Below, in pieces: positions 58,801 to 64,000 of a stretch of DNA of 64,000 nt (position 1 is its first letter; the number at the start of each line of letters is the position of its first letter). Below the pieces are notes generated by a model, which saw nothing but the letters and a program-made list of their open reading frames with translations, did not search any database and was not told the origin of the DNA. The translations under genes were made by a program, and so were the position numbers. The stretch is taken from IMG/VR virus record IMGVR_UViG_3300046170_000519, positions 62,001 to 126,000 of that record. One strand, 5' to 3'.

Positions 58801-61800
58801 GCCTATCGCATTATGAATTGTAAAATTAAAATCACCTCCACAAGTTTGATTTGCGCAATCAGCTAAATTAGCTTGTGAGTATTCATAGCATACATTATTT
58901 TCAGAAAGAATGTACTCATCTTCAGGCGTTGGTAAACTTTGTAATAAATGATAACCAGAATCTCTGGCTCCATCAATGCAACCTGATGTACAGGGTTTTA
59001 TATAGTAACATAAACATGACGGAGTCGGAGTATATGTTCCACTTGGACTCTGCGTTAAAGTCTCAGTTACAGTGGGGGTTCCTGTTTGAGTGAGGGAACC
59101 AGTTTCAGTAATAGAAGGGCTTTGAGTTATAGTTAATGACGGACTCTGTGTTTCGCTGGTTGTAGAACTAGCTGTTTCAGTCTGGGTCTGTGTAGGGGAT
59201 ATTGTATTACTTTCTGTTGGGGAAACTGGTGGGGTATCTGTTTCTGGACATTTGCATTCATCATCATTGCAGTTTGGGACTGCATTTTTTACCACTAAGA
59301 AATTAGGATTACTCTGGTCGCAAGGATTACAAGAATCATAGTATTCAGTAACTTCTTGAAGAATAACGCAGTTTCCATGGTTTGGCCCCAATGAATATAT
59401 ACCAGATCCACCAACATTAGCTGGTCTTGCTATAGAGTTATCAAAATTATCCCCACTACAATTGTTATAACATTCTTCAACTAGATAACATCTGCAACTT
59501 GGTGTTGGTGTTGGAGTTGGCTCTTCAATGCCTGTTTCTGAAACTGTTGGAGTTCTTTCACAACATTTATCGCAAGTAAGATCTCCAGGGTCACCGCCAC
59601 TTCCATAGTGAGCATTAACTGGAACCTGTGGTGCAATACTCCATTCACACGCAGGATCAGTTTCGTAATCTTTTAGATGCTCATTGCAATTTGCCCAGGC
59701 ATCAGAATTAAGCAAAGAATCGTCTATCTCATCTAAAGGATCTCCAGCGCAATATGTAAAAGTTTTATTAGGATCTGAGGCATGAATGTAAGTCGTGCAT
59801 TCCCAAAGTGGGCTTAAAGCCATAGTTAACAAACATAAACCATTTGCAGTTTTTGCACAAACAGCACTATTATAATCGGTAAAAAATAAACTTTCTGCAT
59901 CTGAAGGGTCCGTTCCGTATATTTTGTAAAAACCATTACTGCCTTCATTAGAGCAGTAACAACTCTCATTTGGAATTTCATAAGTGGATTCGTTTTCAAA
60001 AATGCTAGCCTCAGAAGAGAAACTGAAATCGCCAAAAAAACCAGATATTACAGGAGCCTGACAGTCACATGATTGAGCAGTAAATTTCGACCAAAAAGAA
60101 GAATCTTCTCCACAACTCCATTCTTTTTGACATTCGGTACATTGTTTGCAATCTCCAGAAGTACACCCATCTGCTTGAGAGTAAAAAGAATTAAATGACT
60201 CTAGATCAAATTGATCAGGAGGGCATTCGATAGCCACAGGGATTTCTCCAGGAGGGCATGTAACAGTTGCTGATGGGCTTGGGACGGTTGGACTATCTGT
60301 AGGCTCTTGGCATACATCGCAATCTAGTTCGTCAGAGATTTTTTGCCCAAAGAACGGAGAAAATCTATATTGACATGGATAATCTTGCTCTGGTAATACT
60401 TTAGCAGTAAAGCAGGTATTGCCCACTTGAGGGTTTTCGCCTCCAGTAGTCCCAGATAAAGTGTTATGAGATATTAAAGCTCGACTTGAGATTCGAAAAG
60501 TTCCTTCTTCGCTAGAACTACCAGAACTGTTAAATACACCATACCAACTTGCATCTCCGCAAGCCTGTAAGCTGACACATTTATAGGTAGTAGAGGTAGG
60601 AGATTGAGTGAAGCTAGGAGAAGGACTTTGAGTTAAACTTCCCGACTCTGTAAGAGTGAAAGAACCTGTTTCCGTTAAAGTCAGTGTTGGAGTAAAACGT
60701 GTTCCAGAGACAGTGATAGTTTCTGTTGGAAAAGGTGTCCAAGTTGGACAAAGAGAGTCGCAAGCTTCTTCAGAGGTAGGAAGGGTATAATCATGAAAGC
60801 AACCTGTAGTACCGTTGACATTCCATATAGCTTGAGCTTCTTCACATGTTAATACGTTAACTTCCGCGATTTGCCAACACTGATCGTAATTAATATTACC
60901 TGTGGCAATCCCTTTAGTATAATAAAGATCTCCAACATTTAACCCTACCGCATCTTGCGCTGCATCGCAATAATTACCTGTGACAGTCCCTTGTTGGGAA
61001 GTATAGCCAGATTGATCTCCATAATAAACTATTTTCCCTTGTATAGCATCTACTGGAGCATCATCTTTGGTTGTGCAATACTGATGATATTTAACCTCAA
61101 GAACTGGCTTAGAAGTACAAGTTCCAGTAATACTTGGTGTAGGCGAAGGCGGATGGGGACAAGAATTGCTATCACAACCATCAGGAACGATATAACAACC
61201 ATCAAAATTAAATACCAAATTGGATTCATTAATTTCGCAAGCTGCCATATCAACAATTTTGACATCTCTACATTGACCATCCGAGCAAATAATTGTATTG
61301 CCGTCAAAAGCAAGAGCAGCGTTAGGATCACAAGATTTAGCAAATACTTTTCTGTCTGGCATAGATGCTTCAACAGAATGATCGCACAACGTCCTTTCCA
61401 TACAAAAACATGTTTCAGTGAATGTTGGAGTTATAGAAGTTTGTGTTGGGGTAAAACGTGTACCTGTGTCAGTTAATGTGTATGTAGGAGTTTGAGTTCT
61501 GGAACAATTAGAGTCATTACAATCAGAAATTTCTTGACCAAAAGTATTATTTGTATGGGAATTATTATTAGCTGCAATGAAATTACTATTAAAGCCGAGA
61601 TAATTTATTGGATAAACAGTATTTTGACAATTTAAACTATTTAATGTATAACACAAACTAGCTCCACTAATATGTTGGAAGAAAAATGTTTTTCCTAAGC
61701 CTGTTAGGAGATTTTGATAAACGAATAAGTCAGCATTTCCATCGCTAGGACAGACTTTGTAAACACCATTTGAATTAACAAAGTTTCCAGTTTGAGAATC

Positions 61801-63999
61801 AAATTCATCAGCCTTTTCTGAATTACAGGGATCTTTTGAGAAACAAAAGCAAGAAGGACTTGGCGAAGGCGTTGGAGAGACCGTAAGTGATGTTGTAGAG
61901 GTTTCAGAAAAAGTCTCTGAAGTTGTGATAGTCGAAGTGTTTGTTAAGGACCCTGTTTCAGTTATTGACGGCGAAAATGTTGGAGTTAATCCTGTAACAG
62001 TGAAAGTCGGAGTAGCAGAGCAAAGATTGCTGTCACAATTAGATATTTTTTTTCCGAAACTATTGTTATGACCTGCATGTCCTGCAGCAATCCAAGGTCC
62101 AGAATCAACATAACGATCTGTATCAGGTGAGCAAATTGAATCAAGCAAAGTATAGCAAAAATGATATCCGTCGTTATGATAATAAATGAAGGTATCTCCA
62201 ATAGAGGAAACTAAGTCACTGTAAACACTTTGAGAGAAAGAATCTTCAGAAGGGCAAATTTTAAATGTTTCATTTAAATTAATTGAACCACCAGAACCAT
62301 TATGAGCCCTAATTAAGGAATCTGCGTCACACACTTCTTTCTTAAAACAATGGCAAGAGGGTGTATTTGTGGGCGTTATTGTATGAGTCTCAGTTTGAGT
62401 TTTTGTACCCGTGGGTGCAGTTTTTGTATTTGTCGGAAATGGAGTGGGGGTTGTGCAATTACCGTCCCCTTTACATTCTGGACAACAACATGGGCATCCA
62501 GGACTTCTTCCACAATAATATGGCCCGCTTGCATTGAACGTAGGGTCTGAATGATAACATAAAGAACCGCATAAACCGTTACTAATTGGAGCTCCATATT
62601 CATTTAAACAAGTTTCGGTATATGTAGAAGTTGGGGTTGGAGTGTGATTTGTGAAAGTAAAAGAAGGGCTAGGTGTTTCACTGGGGCTTGGTGTCTCAGT
62701 GGGAGTTGCAGGACAATTTTGAATTTCAATTCCTTGACAGTCATCTGGAGAATTACGACACAAAAAGCAAGCGTCTCCCGTTTGCTTATCTAAATTATTA
62801 GGATCATTAAGCCTAAATCCCAAAAGCTGAATTTGAATATCAGATAAATTTTGGTTAGTAACGAACGCTAATAATAATTGATCATACGTACAAGGCTCGA
62901 AAACACCACCAGAGTACGAAGAGCAAAACATATCTTTTAAGTCAGCTAGAGAAGTTGAAGGGTTATTGACTGTAATTTGACCCGCAAGAGTTGATTGGCT
63001 ATAACTTAAAACAATTTGCTTGTAAATATTATGAGGTATAATATCTGCTAAATCATATTCGCTGTACGTGGAACCATTACAAGAACCACCTTTTTCTATT
63101 GATTTAACACAATCTCCGTCAAAACAATGCACTTCTTCGTCAAAGTTTGGAGCACAGCTATCATCTAGCCATAAAGGACCAAAAAGCCTAAAAGAGTGTT
63201 GAGCTCCACTAACCATTGTTATGGTGTGACACGTTGTGCAGTTTTGTTCTATTTCGTACGATAAATTTTGCTCCGATAAACAATCACCTTCTAAATCTGG
63301 AGGAAAAGGTATGTCGGGAACTACCGTTGGATCTTCTGGTAGTGGTGGAGCATCAGCTGGAGGTAAATCTTCTGATTTAGAATATGGTCCGACAAGAAAG
63401 GCGCATCCTGGAGACTCATCAGAAAATTGACCTTTATAGCTTCCATCTGTATAATCGCTAGAATTTGCTCCTTCTGGAAGTTTATAGTAAGTATCATACT
63501 CAAAACCATATATTTCAGGTCTTTCAATAGATCCATCACAGGCAGTAGCATCCCCACAAGAATCTAGTAAATAATAGTCAGCGTCTGTTAGTGTGTGAGT
63601 GGGGGTTGGCGTTTCAGTAGAAATAGCAGAGCCAGTTTCTGTTGGTGAAAATTTTGTATTAGTTGTTGTTGGAGTCGGATTTTCACAACTACAAGGTAAA
63701 TAACTAAAAAATAAATTTGAGGGAATATTTAATGTTGTAGTGGGGTTTCCAGCAGAACAGCATACATATGAAATACTAACACAAAGATCTCCACTCTTGT
63801 AAGTGCCTTCTGTTAAATTATTGGAATTAAAATAAATTCCTTCGTAGGCTTTATGCGATTGATCGCTAGAGCTACATACAGTATAGTATACACAGCTAGA
63901 ACATGCCGTGCATTGTTGTGAAGTTGAATTAATTCCAAATGTATTATTTTGACAAATATCAAAAGGCTTTTCACAAGGTGGGCACGTTACTGTTTCTGT
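55852..63999 (-). CDS. giant Cys-rich, Thr/Pro-rich mucin-like protein (5'-truncated by the window edge, >2,700 aa)
   Basis: the frame of ORF 55852-63216 stays open from 63217 to the window end and encodes the same Cys-module/TPT-linker pattern. Confidence 0.85.
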   Translation of the reverse strand, partial: TETVTCPPCEKPFDICQNNTFGINSTSQQCTACSSCVYYTVCSSSDQSHKAYEGIYFNSNNLTEGTYKSGDLCVSISYVCCSAGNPTTTLNIPSNLFFSYLPCSCENPTPTTTNTKFSPTETGSAISTETPTPTHTLTDADYYLLDSCGDATACDGSIERPEIYGFEYDTYYKLPEGANSSDYTDGSYKGQFSDESPGCAFLVGPYSKSEDLPPADAPPLPEDPTVVPDIPFPPDLEGDCLSEQNLSYEIEQNCTTCHTITMVSGAQHSFRLFGPLWLDDSCAPNFDEEVHCFDGDCVKSIEKGGSCNGSTYSEYDLADIIPHNIYKQIVLSYSQSTLAGQITVNNPSTSLADLKDMFCSSYSGGVFEPCTYDQLLLAFVTNQNLSDIQIQLLGFRLNDPNNLDKQTGDACFLCRNSPDDCQGIEIQNCPATPTETPSPSETPSPSFTFTNHTPTPTSTYTETCLNEYGAPISNGLCGSLCYHSDPTFNASGPYYCGRSPGCPCCCPECKGDGNCTTPTPFPTNTKTAPTGTKTQTETHTITPTNTPSCHCFKKEVCDADSLIRAHNGSGGSINLNETFKICPSEDSFSQSVYSDLVSSIGDTFIYYHNDGYHFCYTLLDSICSPDTDRYVDSGPWIAAGHAGHNNSFGKKISNCDSNLCSATPTFTVTGLTPTFSPSITETGSLTNTSTITTSETFSETSTTSLTVSPTPSPSPSCFCFSKDPCNSEKADEFDSQTGNFVNSNGVYKVCPSDGNADLFVYQNLLTGLGKTFFFQHISGASLCYTLNSLNCQNTVYPINYLGFNSNFIAANNNSHTNNTFGQEISDCNDSNCSRTQTPTYTLTDTGTRFTPTQTSITPTFTETCFCMERTLCDHSVEASMPDRKVFAKSCDPNAALAFDGNTIICSDGQCRDVKIVDMAACEINESNLVFNFDGCYIVPDGCDSNSCPHPPSPTPSITGTCTSKPVLEVKYHQYCTTKDDAPVDAIQGKIVYYGDQSGYTSQQGTVTGNYCDAAQDAVGLNVGDLYYTKGIATGNINYDQCWQIAEVNVLTCEEAQAIWNVNGTTGCFHDYTLPTSEEACDSLCPTWTPFPTETITVSGTRFTPTLTLTETGSFTLTESGSLTQSPSPSFTQSPTSTTYKCVSLQACGDASWYGVFNSSGSSSEEGTFRISSRALISHNTLSGTTGGENPQVGNTCFTAKVLPEQDYPCQYRFSPFFGQKISDELDCDVCQEPTDSPTVPSPSATVTCPPGEIPVAIECPPDQFDLESFNSFYSQADGCTSGDCKQCTECQKEWSCGEDSSFWSKFTAQSCDCQAPVISGFFGDFSFSSEASIFENESTYEIPNESCYCSNEGSNGFYKIYGTDPSDAESLFFTDYNSAVCAKTANGLCLLTMALSPLWECTTYIHASDPNKTFTYCAGDPLDEIDDSLLNSDAWANCNEHLKDYETDPACEWSIAPQVPVNAHYGSGGDPGDLTCDKCCERTPTVSETGIEEPTPTPTPSCRCYLVEECYNNCSGDNFDNSIARPANVGGSGIYSLGPNHGNCVILQEVTEYYDSCNPCDQSNPNFLVVKNAVPNCNDDECKCPETDTPPVSPTESNTISPTQTQTETASSTTSETQSPSLTITQSPSITETGSLTQTGTPTVTETLTQSPSGTYTPTPSCLCYYIKPCTSGCIDGARDSGYHLLQSLPTPEDEYILSENNVCYEYSQANLADCANQTCGGDFNFTIHNAIGSDSYGQEYKKACDQIEYLHDDGEYVTWRKVCACPTPTDTKSPSKTKTETDTATETKTETATVSQTETETGSYTETKTGTETKTHTNTASETKTDTLTETETHTNTESETKTDTLTETETHTNTESETKTETKTNTETKTNTESETKTDTPTKTETHTNTESETKTETHTNTESETKTDTPTDPPTPTETQTDPPTSTESQTDPPTPTESETDPPTPTESETDPPTPTESQTDPPTPTESQTDPPTPTESQTDPLTPTESQTDPLTPTESQTDPLTPTDPETPTDPETPTDPETPTDPETPTDPETPTDPKGTPTHGAETPTVGNSTDSPDPSDTSKSKSTDTSYKSTNTSPQLTNTSPQPSDTAPESTDTAAESTDTAGESTDTSGEGDGTDTSPVGTDTSPVGTDTAPAGTDTSNGDNDGSDCCGGCLWEDCNCTETAIIKLNTKNREYELTQEGKIQVEVLNWSLKDTEECCDVDEDGNMADGSQEMCDELSEITNISELDNISNMTYNCLDTSEDPYEQTVEPEIIRNTTECGVTGFRCAVDEACPSEGDDDKKEKDHEKSAFYYIYTTQATDLKDIVGDNGDLCEYLKEGNTLEAFCNELDSAQVQDCNGPKIGCQCNDPQTLTMYNKDDNKKYGFEPPVQWGAQGSLKVLLSVMSFNACRGQGIVQIDFLVGNQFLRMNSQFIDMPISGSSSGSFGLFKCTGDDGNADYFNPTSGNCLIQTVNYEMTMEGCNLTLIMTQSNPLNSLRKEDLSGLTTLEALMAYGNSLNESGECPFNSSLGCQGLSYFDAVAGETVEASPKQLISTIRHIADIATTILDQFYIEKAKVQHKSDPNFNTTTYTEYLCSQGNQNACMFTEGNHGLLHSALECEAAIDQYIDDLLTAGENCLVTHKLEAELQMGFTTESGAGNIKEWYGQCSVVHSMGNQSMAIDYNNEGRDTITCLEAPSERVVISNHEDYTNMKGTSANNAYHCKEITS
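57875..57978. repeat. 18-bp coding tandem repeat (ETPTDP), 5 full copies plus a partial
   Basis: GGATCHGTTGGTGTTTCR units. Confidence 0.9.
57983..58261. repeat. 30-bp coding tandem repeat (TDPPTPTESQ), about 9 copies
   Basis: GGATCRGTTTGAGATTCCGTTGGTGTRRGC-like units. Confidence 0.92.
58262..58560. repeat. nested T-x-T-x coding repeats including a 54-bp unit (TKTDTLTETETHTNTESE)
   Basis: 58421-58474 repeats at 58475-58528; shorter variants flank it. Confidence 0.85.
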
Positions 64000-64000
64000 A

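Noticed and set aside
63236-63557. Two short ORFs upstream of the giant gene
   Set aside because: The giant gene's own frame is open through this region, so they are overlapping artefacts and the ATG at 63216 is internal.

Overview
AT-rich (roughly 30% GC by eye), densely coded, mostly minus-strand segment that reads as part of a large (jumbo-type) tailed-phage genome, not a cellular chromosome. There are no ribosomal or housekeeping operons and no capsid or terminase genes in the window. It carries (i) a bacterial-type replication, recombination and repair set: DnaE split into three ORFs around a DEDDh exonuclease, plus DnaB, DnaG-like primase, RecA, RuvB, UvsE and several PD-(D/E)XK and HNH nucleases; (ii) a large glycan-modification repertoire of GT2, GT11, GT31, GT47 and GT92-like glycosyltransferases, four sulfotransferase domains, methyltransferases and a GDP-mannose hydrolase; (iii) a three-gene module (APS kinase fused to an HxGH nucleotidyltransferase, a HAD phosphatase, a pyrophosphatase) that looks like a self-contained PAPS supply; (iv) protein-tagging and degradation parts: tmRNA, a ClpC-like ATPase and an ATE1/Bpt-like transferase; (v) tRNA-Thr(UGU); (vi) host-like envelope genes (Tat-exported DUF1501, an outer-membrane barrel) that point to a Verrucomicrobiota/Planctomycetota host; and (vii) a >2,700-aa Cys-rich, Thr/Pro-rich mucin-like protein running off the right edge. 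The best candidate for an undescribed system is a phage-encoded pathway for a sulfated, fucosylated glycoprotein: PAPS module + sulfotransferases + glycosyltransferases + mucin-like acceptor + matching Thr tRNA. Also notable are a QueF lacking its catalytic Cys, recombination scars between glyco-gene cassettes, and two apparent promoter classes. All family calls come from motif recognition by eye; no database searches were run.
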